Source of the DNA: Tubiluchus corallicola
Taxonomy: Eukaryota; Animalia; Priapulida
DNA length: 64,000 nucleotides
Assembly: GCA_030141605.1 (NCBI GenBank)
Contig: JAQGDQ010000050.1
Span: 383,971-447,970 of the forward strand
Direction: 5' to 3'
In this document: positions 49,035 through 62,660 of the stretch, one piece after another
How positions within the stretch are numbered: position 1 is the first letter of the stretch
How the letters are laid out: the number at the start of each line of letters is the position of its first letter
Program-made: the position numbers and the translations under genes
The notes under the pieces: model-generated
What the model saw: the letters and a program-made list of their open reading frames with translations, nothing else
Databases searched by the model: none
What the model was told of the DNA's origin: nothing

Positions 49035-51733
49035 GAACGCGTCCGCGAGAAGACCATGCAAAATCGAAAAATTCCGGCACAAGGTTAGGTAAACCGATTC
49101 AGACCAAAGTTCGAGTATGAGGTCCACTAGTCACTAGTATTCACGATGTAAATCCGCTTGGCCCAACTCCTCATAGTAGCAGAGGTACGGCATAGGTCGA
49201 TTTTCATGAAAAAATGCCTATTTTTTTCTATTTTTACTCATATTTGAAGGATTAGTCATGCAGCAACTACTGAGTTTGAATAGATCTGGCTCTGCACAGT
49301 ATTGGATTTTGTTATCTTCTCCAAAATGACTTTTCGACTTTTGTCCCAAACCCCCCTTTTTCGGCTCTAGTGGGGGTCTTTAAGCTCGCATTACGCACAA
49401 GATGCATATACTCAGTCATTTCAAAGTCTTATATCTCACCCAGTGTGGGGGCGCTGACAAAAATATCGATATGTATGTGAATAGAGTATCCCATCCCACT
49501 ATGCTACAGTGACAATTTCGATGGAGCGAATTTCCACCCTATTGTAAAAGGCCCCCGAAAGAGGCATATATCAGGGTGAAAATATAGGTAACAACGTTCA
49601 TCAGAAAGCTTCGTGTAAGTAAACATGAGTTGTCAAATCTTGTCAAAATACTTCAAAACATCATAAATATTCATCTTTGGCAACTAGGGGCCTGGCCAGC
49701 ACATTGGTTAAACTACCGACAGAATTGGACTCCATCATTCAAGATGGCGGCCAGTGCTGAACTAAAATGTTTGTTTTCTGGGCTGTTTACCAGCGTTAAA
49801 TGCGGTATTCTGACTAGTTATCCGCACGAAATGAATATTGTGAATCTATTAGCCTGTACTAAAGACACTGGACCGCATTTAGAGCGCTTCCAATCTTAAA
49901 AAAATGAAATATCTACGGAATGGAAATTGCTTCATGCAAGGACTTGAAAATGTTTTATGTACTGTTTATTTTCTATGCTTTGTAAATGTTATGTACAGGT
50001 TATCACCTAGTTATTACTTATTGTCTTACATAGGCGTACAAGCCAGGACACAAAGAAAATTGCCCTAAATCTGAGCGAATGCCCAAAAAATATGGGACAG
50101 ACTTGATATCATTTGACCGGTGATTTTTTTTTTGACTGTAAAACAATCATTCAATCACACTATTGATATCTTTTGTCAGAAGTATCGGTTTTGTGCCACA
50201 AATAAATTTTCTGAGCTAAATATCACCGCCATCCCCCTAGAAGTGGCCCATACGCTTATATTGTCTCATGTTTAGACTGTAAGATTTTCACTTCATCACT
50301 TTCCCCATGATATATTTGTCTATTTTTCCGTATCTATCTTCTAGTGATAATCTACCTGCATCGATAATTCTTTCTCTATTATTTAGATATTATGGTTCTG
50401 ATTACTTGTACTATTCTTCAGTGATAGGATTATGCCGCTACAATAAGAACAGTATTTTGGACTTAGAGAAATTAATTCTGACTGAGTTTTGTAGTTTTTC
50501 ATTTTTGTACTGATATTCATAATCTTCTATGTATAGCCATGAAGCTTATTCATATAAAAAAGCATAAAAAAATGAACGGATTTCTAGTTTATATGTATAT
50601 ACCGAATGTTGTCAGATTCTTTCGCTAACAGTGACTCTTAATCTTAACAATCGGTACTTCTTTTCTATTAGAGGGCTTATTGTTTAGTCTTTCCTGGTAT
50701 CCGCTAGCGATTCAGTGTGTAGAGAATGCCCTGAATCAGGGTCGGACTCGGTACAAGGGGCATGCATAATGTCCTGTCCTGAAATCCATCAGAAGAGGCA
50801 ATTATTCATATTTGTAGTCATATGAAAATTCTGACATAACTAAACCAATTTAAGATGAAATTCGCAAATTTCTAGCAATATCCATGGCAAAGGAATCTAT
50901 TGCTACTTGGAAATTAGAGCACTAGTCACAGAAAATGCAGGTTAAACGTGGCTGAATGTCTACTGTCATATACGACCTGAGCCAAGTATGTCTACTTTTT
51001 ACACATGGACGGAATTACTATGGAAAGTAAAAAAGTGTGTTGATATGGCAATTTTTTCTGACAGTGCCCTCTTTATATAATGTCATTCATGATATTATCT
51101 CAGCTCGTGCGTTTTCATGAAATTTAGAATACAGATTTGTCACTTATAATCCAGCATATATATAGAAAAAATATTGAAAAACTACAAAAAGGCGAATTTT
51201 GCTGATTTTTGTGAAATTTTAAAGTGCCAGTACTAAATACTGAAACAGGCTCCAGCGAATTTTCTTTTTTATATTATTAGTGAGCATGATGGTTAACACA
51301 TACATGAAAACCAGAAGTTCTGTAGCCCCGCAGTGGACGAGCTATGAACCTTACAACTTAACCTCTCCCTGGACTCTTAACAAAGAGCCGAATTTGAAAA
51401 ATCCCGTTCTCTGATACTATTAATGGTATGTCAGAAAAAGTTAGGATATCAGAAGACAATGTCTGGGTCTATGTACCAGCCAACCTACATCGACCCATCT
51501 GTAATAGTTTATACAGGAGAAAAAGTTAAAAGTAATCCCCCAAAAATAGCGATTTTTTGCCTCTTTTGAGGTCAATTTCTTGATGTGGTCATTTCTCTGC
51601 TAATAGTAGCTCGATCAATTTGATATCTTGGTTACATGGTTTTGGCGGGTCGCCCTTCATGTTAGAAAAAAATGATATAAATTCATCACCCCTCATGTGC
51701 CACCCTCTGCATGGTGCTCTCGCGGACTCGTTC
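49035..51733. mobile_element. 2.7-kb non-autonomous TTAA-target DNA transposon (Kolobok-like RR..YY termini)
   Basis: TTAA|GAACGCGTCCGCGAGAAGACCATGC ... GCATGGTGCTCTCGCGGACTCGTTC|TTAA; ~25-bp TIR; no transposase ORF seen. Confidence 0.85.
50029..50260. mobile_element. Small hAT-type MITE nested in the Kolobok-like element
   Basis: TTGTCTTA|CATAGGCGTA ... TACGCTTATA|TTGTCTCA; 7/8 TSD. Confidence 0.65.
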
Positions 51734-53846
51734 TTAACGTGTTTGTTTTTTTTAACAATGGGTTCTCTTTAGCATACTTTAGCCCAGTTGGTAGCTATAC
51801 TTAGGAGTTTTGTGAATTTGGTTAAGCAGTTACCCTGCCGCGGTGACTTAGAATGACTTTGGTTAGACATGAGATGCAATGAAACAATTAGTTACATTCT
51901 AAAAACCCCAAAAAATCTTTGAAAGCTGTCATTGAAATGTTACTGTAGTTTCAAGCATAAAATTTTGTTTATATGTGGTTTTACTCTCAAATTAGCATGT
52001 TTCATTATAAAATTGCAGTACAGTACAGCAATTCTTTTTTATAGCATCACCAAATAGAAAAGCTAAGTATCAATACAGAAAACTCTAATACCAGTGGGTA
52101 ATTGTTTAATTTTTTTGCATCATTTTCAGACTACAAAAATTTTTAGAAGTCATTGGCTGTGCACCCCCACCCCACGAACTGATAACCCCGAGGGTGTCAG
52201 GAAAAAAATCGGTCACCCAGGTTATCATGACTTGTAGTTAAACTGGTGCTGCCTTCTGTAGGCTACAACAGAAATTTGCAACATCAAGTTTTTAAGTGTT
52301 TGCAATTGGCGAACTCAGTCCTATATTTTTACTAAATTTAACACGATAATAAAAATAAAATAATCTTAATGATCAAAATTAAAGAATAGTATTACATTAT
52401 GCACATTTATATACAAGTAGTACATCATAATTATTATATTCTATTGACAAAATATTACACTGTAATTATGTAAAGAAACAATAAGCTAAAGTTAAGCTTT
52501 AGGTAGTAAACATATTTATGCAGTGCTACTTGTAGTTTATGTAGATTTGCCATCTAACTTCCATGATTCATAATTTGCATGCTATAATTGAAGGCAATGT
52601 GAATAGGTTAGTGGTCACTGTGTGTGCAGAGCAAGCAATGTTAAGCAGTTGTTGTGCCTGTTCTGGAAATGAAAAAAGTTGCTTCAGAGCAGTATAATGT
52701 ACGGTACTGTTTCCACCTATTTATCTATTGAAAAAGAGACTAAACATACTTATGCGACTAAAATACCTATGCTGGTACAGTGTCTCATCGCAGAGGATTA
52801 TCCTTGACGTGGTCTCCCAGTATACAAGAGACAATGTCTCACAAATGAAAAATTCAATGCTGACCTAATTAACATCCATTCTACTGTAGTTTGAGTCTAA
52901 CCGCTGAGTATTGAAAAATCGTATTTTATGCTGCCTGTCAATATAACACCAGCAGCTAACTAGCTGAAATAGACCAGTAACTTTACCTTTTTGATACTGT
53001 CACTTCCTAGGGTATTATCCATGAACCAAGTCCTAGCATCAACGCCTTTCTGTCAGTTCCTGACATTTTTTCAGTGGTTGCAGCCTACAACTGTTACAAA
53101 ATTTGGCTATAAAACTAAACTCATTCTTTTCAGCAAGCAGCTTGTGAAATACAAACTATAGTGCACACACAGTATTCTTAAATTAAACTGTAATGCATAA
53201 GAGGATATTAACCTAAAGTACCAAAAAACTTGTAAGAGCTTTTTACCCAACATGACCTAGTGTTAGCATGTAACAAAGGTCACAGTGCCACATTTCATCT
53301 TACAATGCACTTGTAACACATGAATATTGAAAGTACCACCAGTAACATTTATGACAAGAATGGAAACATTAAGAGCATTTTATACTTATGTGACATGCAT
53401 GCTTACAATAAGAGTAGCACGGGCACAATGTGTCAGACCTACCGGATTGTATTCACCTAAAACAAAACACTCTCTATGCCAGTTTATTTTAATGATATAT
53501 AAAATTAATACAAACTGTTCACAAGTAACTGATTGTGTCACTATAGAGTTTAGTAGAAAAAAATAAATCATCAGTTTTTCGTCACTAATCTGACAATAAT
53601 AACAATAATAATAATGATAATAAAACAATTAAGTACATCTTCTATCCCATGTTACTAAAATTCATTTTGCTGTCGATTTCGTGTAACACATTTATTACGA
53701 TATGGTAGCAACTGTATAAATTTTATTTTTGATTTGCTCAAATTAGATTCGACACACGCTTCTCAAAACTGAGCATTTCAAAACTTTGATCTGATGTGAC
53801 AGGCAATAGACCACAATATTTACATGTTAATTACACAGCTGGAGAT

Positions 53847-54152
53847 TCACTGATGTTTCTTCTTCTTGGACAACTTTAATGATGCACGTGATAAGAATGA
53901 TCTAGCACTGGAAGCCACAGAAGGAGAAGGGGGCACCTGCTCCACATCTGTTGCTTTAGTCTGTGAGGTACTAGTGCACTGTACCTCGTCACTGTTTGAT
54001 TGTTGAGCAGGCATTTCAGTTCGTTGATCGTCGATTCTACCTGCTTGAACACGGTGGATTAAATTCATAAAGTCTTCATCACACACAAGTTTAGCATTAC
54101 CCTGGTCATTAGTTTGTTGAAGTGCAGATCGCTGATCTTCAATGCGGGTAGC
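53847..54152 (-). CDS. GPSM2: GPSM last exon (end of GoLoco 3, GoLoco 4)
   Basis: TTTTATAG| ATRIEDQR...DEDFMNLIHRVQAGRIDDQR...KKKKHQ TGA. Confidence 0.9.
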   Translation of the reverse strand, partial: ATRIEDQRSALQQTNDQGNAKLVCDEDFMNLIHRVQAGRIDDQRTEMPAQQSNSDEVQCTSTSQTKATDVEQVPPSPSVASSARSFLSRASLKLSKKKKHQ

Positions 54153-57100
54153 CTATAAAACAGAATGCACATGTAATGTAAAACTAGCCACTCTCTTAAT
54201 AACAGTGTCGATATTGTCAAATGGTGTTTTCATGGTCTATATTTTCCCAACTAACATTGCATCACACAAGAAATGAACTTCATGTTTAACAACTGCCTAC
54301 AAGTTGGTTAATCTACTCACGGAGTAAGTTTGAAACTGACAAGTTTATCTCTTGTCTTTATTATTGTTTAGGTTTTAAGGAGAGGTTTTTTTGTTTGATA
54401 ATTAGAACAATCCCGGTAATGCCAAGGATGGCCAGTTTAAATTCACTGTTTAGCTGAAGATGCTTCGTTGGCCAGATTTGCCAGTTTGATTTAGGCATTA
54501 TGTTCGACGTACGAGTTCCAGCAAACTTTCTTTCAGCTTTTAATGAAACCAACTGCAGATGATACGTAATAGGAAAGCTGGCCGACTGCACTGATTGTCA
54601 TCTAATGCTAGCTGACAAACTAGAGTTGAACACGTAACAGTGGCATTCATTAATATGCAATGAATTGTTATGATATGTAATGGGCTTCTTACCTGGCATC
54701 TCATGAGTGCCTCAAAGAAAGGATCATCTGGTGCCAAGTTAATTTCTTCATCAGATCCTGCTATGAGTTGATCTACAGCAGCTTTGTTTTTATGCAGAGC
54801 CAGTACTGCAGGTAAAACAGCTCGCTGTTCATTCAGTCGATGACACTGATGCTCTGCAATCAAATCTAAGATGTCGTTTTTATCTTCTAGCATTTCTGAA
54901 ATTATACATGACAGAGATTTCTTAGAATAGTTTTGCATTCGGTATTACGAACTTTCAATAACTTTAACCAAATCATTAGGAACAAATCTTGTTACAGTTA
55001 TACTTAGCGAGTTAACCTGGCTGTCATCACTAATTACAATGTAAACTAAACGTATTTTCACAGCGCCTAACTTAAATGATTGGTAAATCTCAGTAATAAA
55101 ATTTGCGAGTCATCTACTTCTGCTCAAATATTATATATGTATTGTCTGTAACAATATTCATTATATAATATGAAATAGTTGCTTAAAGACTTCACACTAA
55201 ATAAAAGGTCTCCATAGTTGCCCCCTTTTCATTTGTTTTCGACTAAATGCATGAATGCAATGCGCAAGGCTACTTTTTGTTTGCATTTTCCGTCGTTTTA
55301 GGGCAAATTCCTCCCGATGTTATTCCTCTTCTGTGGTGGTTGATGTTGGTGACTTAAGAAGGAGACCAATACTTGCATGAGGCATGCGGCGACACAGATG
55401 GCATTTTATAGTTTGTACAGGGCATGGTTGAAATTGTCGAACACTGTGATGAGCTTCGCTTCTTCTCTCCTCGTTTTGGCTTCCAAATGTTTGAAAAAGT
55501 GCAGGCATTTCGAATACTTTCAAATGTTTTGACTTTTATTTCTGCTTGTTTGGGCATCAATTTCAACTTATCTTGTAGTGGTGAAAAGGGTGTGTTCTTG
55601 TGTTGCGCTTGTGGTTGTCGACCAGTTGCGAGTTCATTAAAAAGATTTGAAGAGAAAGCCTCGCCTCCTGCATTCGTCTGGCATGTCCTGACCGATGAAG
55701 ATAGTATTGTGTGATGATGGATACGATGTACTAGTCATACTGGTGTTCAGGATATGGAGCGAAAATTTGGGTAGTGGAAATGTCCAACCGTATTGATTTC
55801 AAGACGATAGAGAGCCCAAGTTTCGCAGCTTATAGAGCAAGGTTAAGATGGCAACAGCTTGACAGACCATTTCTGAATTTTTTTGTGTTTTTAAAGACTC
55901 ATTTCGTAAGTTTCCCGGCTACAAGCCAAGCTTCCCACAGCTCCAATTCGACACTTCATACCGTTTTCAGGAGTGCATTTCTTTTAGAGTAAGCTCTTTA
56001 GATACGGAAGGTGATCTATATACCTCGCTGAGCATGCCGCTCAGAGATGATGAAATTGCGTCCATTAACAATAAAACAATTAAATCTCCGGCTTACTTTA
56101 GTTGTTTGCTTAATTTTGACTAAGTAATCTTATGCATCTTATGTAATGACTAGATAATGTATACTATAGATTAGGAAAAGCTAGATTAAACACAAATTTA
56201 CACTTTGTCGAAACCACTTTACGCATTATACACAAATACTGGCTATTATACAAAACGTCTAAGTAAAGTGTGAAAGTGCCGCAGCAAAAACATTTATTTC
56301 ACACTTCTTGAAAGGCGTAGTTATTATATGAATTGTTACATCATCGATTACTATTTTTTCGCAGTTGTGAGTGAACATAACCTATTGGAAATGGCAAATT
56401 ATAAACCTAGGTCTAAATGTTTACGCAATAATTTGGTGGTGGATGTGTGTGTCCACAAATTTAAAAACACTGGGGTAAATACAGATTTAAAGGTAATATT
56501 GTGTAATATTATGTTTCAAAATCACAAAAATCAGACAAATCAATAGTATCTCTTGTTGTTCTCGTTACAATATAATCGTTATTATCTTAGCTAACTTCCG
56601 TGTACAATGGTCTTGATGGATCTATGTCTTTTTGGATGGTGATGACTTATCAGGCATTAATCCAGCGCATTAAAGGTTTAAGATTCAATGTATAAAAACT
56701 CGGGTAGCCCTTGATTATCCCACCTCATCTGTTTTGCACTTACTTGATGATAATTCGTCAGTATGATTCCCAACCTGAGCACTAGATGGTTGGGAGGAAA
56801 CATTACTTGCTTCATCTCTGACAGCTGCTGTTTTTTTGGCAGTCTGAAACAAGAAACGCAAATGGTCATAAAACACAGCCTATGGTTTTTACAAACCAAA
56901 ACACAAGCGGGCACAGCGCTCCAGTTAATGATAATAAAAATGTGATGATCGGAAACAGGAAGACATTCTCCTAAACACTACAGAAGACAATGTAATAGAT
57001 TTGAGATTCGATACGTGCGAAGGCAATGTAAAATTCACTAGGCCAATGTTTGAACACGATGCATCAAGCTCCCCCGGTTCTAAATGACCAAAAGTGTCAA

Positions 57101-59948
57101 AAACTACTGAAAACCACTTTGTACACACTTTGAACAATTGCCCGGCGTGTAACCGTTGTTCTCTGGAGAGCCATGGTATGATTTTGCAGATACTACAGTA
57201 GGATAGCATTTTGCCAACGTCACTTAAAGGTCTAACAGCTTTATAGATAGAGCAAAACAGTTGTCGTGCGTGGTGAACAATAAACACTAAAATACACATA
57301 AATAGTGGCTTGCAGTTGTGGCTTTCTTTTCAGCATAGAATTTTATGCTCAAACAAAATTTAAATGCTAGTAACACTTACGTTGTGCATTTCCATAGAAC
57401 ACCTCTGATCGTTCATTCGTTTCTCCTGTATTCGGCTTAACACCTCAAAGAAGCGTTCTTCTTCTAGCATTTCTTTAGACGGTTTCTGTAAAAGGTCCTC
57501 AAAGATTCAGTTAACTAAAGATGGTTACCTAACTTTGCGATGACTTGGTTATCTAGTTTTTTTTAACAAGAGTTCATTTGAACGACAGCAAGGCTGAGAC
57601 TGCAAAACAATATACCATAGATGCTAATAAAGAAAGGGTGAAGGTCATGAAAAAGTCTGAATGGAAGAAAGAAATAAAGAATAAGATTGAATGTTGTATA
57701 AAGAGTGAATGTGCAGAAAAATGCAGGAGCAGCACTAAATTAAGATTTTTAAGGCATACCGAGTGGAAACGACAAAATTACATAGACACATGCAAGCCAG
57801 AAGAGGTTAAAGATATATTGAAAATAAGACTGAATATGATTAAAGTTAAAGGGAACTACAATAATGAGTTTAAGGATCAGTTATTATGCCCAGTGTGTGA
57901 GGAAGATGATGACACTACTGAACATATGCTTAGATGTTATAGATATGAAGAATGGAAAAAAATTTTGAACTCAGATGTATTAATGAACAGTGAAAAGGAA
58001 GGATTGCTAGAAATTAGAAATCTAGTGAACGAATGTATGGAATACAGGATAAAGACATTAAACTTGGAAAAGACAAATAAAAGATCAGCGTTAAAGAAGA
58101 ATAGACTTTGCACCCTATAAAGGAGCCCGCCTGTGATAGGTGGAGAGAGTCGAGTATCGCAATCGCAATCGCAAAGGCTGTAAGGCCGGGTCTGACTAGG
58201 CAAGAATCACAGTCTCAAACTCTAATTATTTGGCTGCGAGCAGAGAGAGATAGAGATAGATGGACGAACTGACCAGTAAAGAAACCAACGCAAGACAGAG
58301 CAAAAAGTTAATGCTGCTGTACAATATGTTCACGCACGCCAGAAAGTTTTTCCTGTTTTAGTTAATGGTTTGAGCTTTTCTAGACACCTTTTTGCTTAAT
58401 TCGTTTACCGCGTCAAGATCGCTAAGTGCTACTTCTTTACGACCGCCTGAGTTAAAATTTAAAGAGTTTTTGTCTCTAAAAGCAAATTCTTTTCTTCGCT
58501 TAGAAATTTATTACTCTTTTCGTCTGTGAATTCTGGCTATGATAATGACGTGTCGAACTAGCAATATCGTATTGAGTAAATACTATAGCCGCTTAATCTT
58601 CAACCATCATTTTACCCTCATGAACGTCTTGGTTATCATTGTCCTCATCATCATTATAATCGCCATCCACACGACTCTCACCACTACTCCGCCATTATCA
58701 TCAACAACATGTTCATCGTCATCATTATCATCGTCGTCGTCAGTGTCAGCATCATCAACAGATTGTCGTCATCGCCGCCGCCATCTTCATCATCATCGTC
58801 ATTGCTAATATCTTCACCGTAATTGTCCAAACAATACATTTTTGTCTGCAGAGTTTTTACGTCTGCATACCTCTACATGTAGGGTCACATCACATTAACA
58901 TTATTTTGATTTGATAATTGGGTTGAGCTTATTAACTTTCTTCACAAATCCTCTACGAAGCTCAGGTGCCACATAACGGAGCCAATCCAAATGCTAGAGC
59001 AGTTCATTTTCAAGCTCTGAGCATCAGGATGGCCCCGCCATGCCAGCAACAACATCAGTAACCGTTACACCGGTTAATGCCAGAAGAAATCTTTTGACGT
59101 TCTTTGCAATATCAAGCAAATAAAGTTTGTCAATTACTTTTAAAAGGTTTCTCCGAATTTTGTCATTCTTTTATGGAAAATGGATCAATACAAGTGATTC
59201 TTGCTAACTTTGAATTATATAAAATAAACCTGAAATCCAATTAGCTTTTGTTCTCAAATGATTTTCAGTTGGAGGCTTTGGATTACTCGAAGTATATTTA
59301 AAAATATCTATTTCGCTATGATGCTGTTGTCATTTTTGCTTTCGTTGTTGTTTCTCATGTCACAAGTGCTTGTCAGGTTTTAATATTGTGACGTCACAAT
59401 GGAGTTACTCGGTATTCTAAGTTTTCACGAAAAACGAATTATATGACGACGGTAAATAGTGTTCTAAATGTGCAGGCAGTTGGACAGAAAGAACTCAATA
59501 TGCGTGTAACCCAAATGCTTCACATTCCGGACTAGTTTACCGTCAGTGTGACTGTCACCAATTTTTTTTGAAAGCCAACTGAACAATGAGCAGAGGTAAC
59601 CATGCAAACATGACAACGAATAAAGTGTCCTGCATCAGGCACAAGCACTCGCGGCGAAACAATATTATTAATAATCGTCAGGTTATGATATTCGGGAAAA
59701 ATTACTAATATAATCAAAGCACTTAGATGCACCTGTGCAATAAATAGAATTACATGCAGTAGGGCAGTTACCTCATTTATAGTAACAGATATATCGCTCG
59801 TTGATGCTGCACCTTCAGCTACGGTGACATCATGAGCAGCAGCGCATGTTGTTACTGTTGACTCTGGCTGTCTCGTTGATAACAATGAGTGATCTAATGA
59901 CGACGATGCGTTATTAGAAGTTGGTTTTGCTGTTGCAGCCGACACTTG
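53847..59948 (-). CDS. GPSM2: G-protein signaling modulator (AGS3/LGN/Pins-like) with four GoLoco motifs; 5' end unresolved
   Basis: Exons 59772-59948, 57381-57485, 56744-56843, 54693-54895, 53847-54152; all GT-AG, phases compatible. GoLoco motifs: FFEVLSRIQEKRMNDQR, ILDLIAEHQCHRLNEQR, FFEALMRCQ/ATRIEDQR, DEDFMNLIHRVQAGRIDDQR. The symbol denotes the GPSM1/2 family, not proven orthology. Confidence 0.85.
54693..54895 (-). CDS. GPSM2: GPSM exon (GoLoco 2, start of GoLoco 3)
   Basis: TTTCAG|AA MLEDKNDILDLIAEHQCHRLNEQR...FFEALMRCQ |GTAAGA. Confidence 0.9.
55300..56060 (-). mobile_element. RTE-clade LINE 3' remnant in a GPSM intron
   Basis: Frameshifted RTE motifs: HLPYLKSLL...KCRIGA, VCQAVAILTLLY-CETWALYR...HFH, SGHARRMQEARL..QIF-ELATGR, CHLCRR...SIGL. 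Confidence 0.8.
56744..56843 (-). CDS. GPSM2: GPSM linker exon
   Basis: TTTCAG| TAKKTAAVRDEASNV...DELSS A|GTAAGT; phase 0/1. Confidence 0.8.
57381..57485 (-). CDS. GPSM2: GPSM exon (GoLoco 1)
   Basis: TTTTACAG| KPSKEMLEEERFFEVLSRIQEKRMNDQRCSMEMHN |GTAAGT. Confidence 0.9.
57578..58200 (+). mobile_element. Non-LTR retrotransposon 3' end with intact CCHC-knuckle ORF (5'-truncated)
   Basis: 180-codon uninterrupted frame with KIRLNMIKVKGNY...CPVCEEDDDTTEHMLRC, a typical LINE ORF2 C-terminus; antisense within a GPSM intron. Confidence 0.75.
58600..58810. repeat. Degenerate (CAT/CGT)n trinucleotide low-complexity tract
   Basis: Directly visible. Confidence 0.75.
59772..59948 (-). CDS. GPSM2: GPSM upstream Ser/Thr/Ala-rich exon
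   Basis: TTTTTAG| QVSAATAKPTSNN...ISVTINE |GTAACT; phase 0/0. Confidence 0.7.
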
Positions 59949-60512
59949 CTAAAAAGAAAAAAACCTTGATATTATCCTGCACGTGCTCAATAATCAAGTT
60001 TAAGTGCTTCAATGTTGCACTAAGGTCGAAAGTCTTTCGGCTACTACGTAAGTCCAAATAGCAAAACAGCCAGGAATTGATTTTATAATGCTTTGTTTAA
60101 TGAAATCAAAAGCGATTCAATTTGCGTGACACAATGACGAATTAGAAATAACCTAGACAATAAACAGCCTAGCTAAGAGTGTAAGTAAATGGATGTCTAC
60201 TATTAGTATGCGTCACAAGGAGAATGGCTCAGCTAAACTGTTGTAGCTCTCTTAACTGACACTATTCTGGCCATTATAGTAGAACAATTGCTCATGAAGA
60301 CCCAACTGTACCCTAAAACCTAACAGGTCGTCAGGACTACAGTAATTTCCTATGTCTGCTCGTCGGTTGAAATTTGGATGCTTTAAGCAAGTTTAGATGA
60401 AAGTGGTCTAGCTGCAATGCACTCACACATTCTCGTGTAATCTAATACACTGACTTTTACAGTGATGTTACTTATTTTCAGTGATTTTGCAAAGCTCATT
60501 TGAGGTGTTTTG

Positions 60513-61225
60513 TATTGGGTGGCCCAGCAAAATTATGCCAACGTTTAGGCTACAAGTACCATACACAATTGAAATTTCACAGTTTGATCTCACGATACAC
60601 CTTTTGGCTGTGAAAGTTATGGCTAAAGATTAAATGCCGAAACAATGTCAGCCATAATCATCAACTGAAACACAGCCACGTTGACATATTATAAAGCACT
60701 CATTAGATGGCAGCAAAACAACAAAGGAATCAACCAGTTTTTATCATGCTCTTCATCTCAGAAAATAAAACACTGATAAAGATTTGTTTGCCAAGAAAAT
60801 ATGGGATTTAGTTACCAGACTCTGTATTACTGTATCTGCAATTTACTTAAAGAGAAAGTGTACAGTCGCCGCGCAGAACCGTGTGATGCAAAGGAACAAA
60901 AGCAAAACTTGTTGAGCGCGTGGAAAAGACCCTTAAAGAAGTGAGAAACTGTGTCAGTTGTTAGAAAGAAATGCTTCCGTCTAGTTTGCAGTTTAACTGG
61001 TGGACATATAGAGTATTTGCTGTAAAATTTAACAAGAGTAACACGGAAGTTTTTCCCCCATTTAGTTTGATTTAAAACTTCTGTACCTTTTGACAAATCT
61101 AAGAAAGACCTAAAGTTTATACACAAACGTCTGTAACATCAGTGTGTTAATTTTCAAGCGACTCTAGTGCTTTCTTCTTATAACATCTTAATCAAAACTT
61201 TGGCACATTTTTTGCGCCATCTGAT
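60513..61225. mobile_element. Tc1/mariner-like MITE (same family as 47489-48224, inverted)
   Basis: GGGTGGCCCAGCAAAATTATGCC ... AAAACTTTGGCACATTTTTTGCGCCATCTGATA. Confidence 0.7.
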
Positions 61226-62514
61226 ATATACGCGTCCTTAATTGTTTATGAGCGTTCTGGACCGTTATTGTGAAATGCTAGAACACGGGCTTCTTTATGT
61301 CGCCATTGTGATTGCACGCTACTGACGCAAATTTGAAGACTACATCAAAACCGTAACTCGAAAATTTAATTAACTTTTACGCCAGATGGAGAAATACAAA
61401 GACCCAGAATAGCGAACCAATATTCTTAATTAAATTTGCGAATGTTCTCTATACAAAAAATCTATTTTTTGAACGAAAACCACATCGCTCAGTAGGTAAT
61501 AACCTTTCCGACTAAACATAATTAAGAATTCGATAAGCTTTACGGAAATAAAAACTGGAAAATGACGTGAATTAGTCTTAAATGGAAATCTAGACGAATG
61601 AACATTTCAACACGACTGCCTGCGCTTTCTCATTAAACGTATGCCTAGTTATCAACGCATGGTTACGCCATTATGTAATAGAAGAAAAGCATCGTCAATC
61701 TCAGTAAATCTATAAAATTGATTTTACAAAGAGCTGCTGAGTATAACCCCAAATAAATAGACCAGCATAAGAAAGGTAATAAATATGCGAATTTAGCTCT
61801 TTGTGTGGAACCTGAATCAGTGACGTTTGCGAAGTACAACATCGGATACAAGTGTTTTTATAATGCAAGTAAACCATTAATTTTGGCGTTCAAATGTTTA
61901 AGCGCCTTTGTGTTAGCTGATTGCAATTCTGAAGGAAATCCCTCGTGAAACTATCGTTTTACAATACATATTTATATTTTTGGTTGATATTAAAATTCGG
62001 ACGATTGTGGTTTCTGCGGAATAACAATTAGCAACTTCTGCCAGAGTCATGATAGTTTTTTAGGGAGTTGTTTAATTATACTAGTTTCGGCAAAATTGGT
62101 ACCTACAGCAGTAAACCGACATTTTGGACAGACTTGAAACATACTACAAAGTAATGTGCAGGCAATTTCCCAGTATAGCTCCTGCCATGAAGTCATCACT
62201 ACATCCGGTACCAATAAAACCATGGTAAGTCTATGATACGTTTTACTTGCTTATAGACAAGCTTTGTGAACTTTACTAAAGGTGAAGCCATGCATCAGTC
62301 GGAATACTATCTGTAGAGAAATTCTAGCTAGATATCTCTATCAGTCCAAGTCTAGCCAGACTAGACTTCTTATAGGTCAGACCTCAGACAAACTAGCCAC
62401 GCACTAGATCAGACCGAGTCGGAGTCAGACTATATCTAGATCAGAAAGAAACTTACTCACTCCAACGATTAATACAAATTCAGATCCAACAATAAACTAC
62501 GACCAAACCTATAT

Positions 62515-62660
62515 TAGTTTGTTACATAATGCATCATTTTTTTTACATAATGATTGTTCCATAAGGACGAATTTTGTGATTTGTTATATAATGTATCATT
62601 TTTTGTTACACAGTACAGCATTATTGCATAATGATCTGTGTGTTACATATTGAACCATAA
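62515..62660. repeat. Short degenerate repeat array (GTTACATAATG motif), probably a MITE subterminal region
   Basis: About 6 copies of a TTACATAATG-like motif. Confidence 0.4.

Noticed and set aside
55320-56066. Cluster of ORFs and an ATG...|GT 'alternative first exon' within GPSM
   Set aside because: Explained by a frameshifted RTE LINE remnant.
58539-58808. 89-aa ORF with a hydrophobic stretch and Ser/His runs (likewise 29069-29290)
   Set aside because: Translation of trinucleotide low-complexity DNA.
10997-59948. Functional 'spindle cluster' of HAUS8 and GPSM
   Set aside because: Two genes ~23-27 kb apart with BRF2 between them; nothing in the sequence indicates co-regulation.
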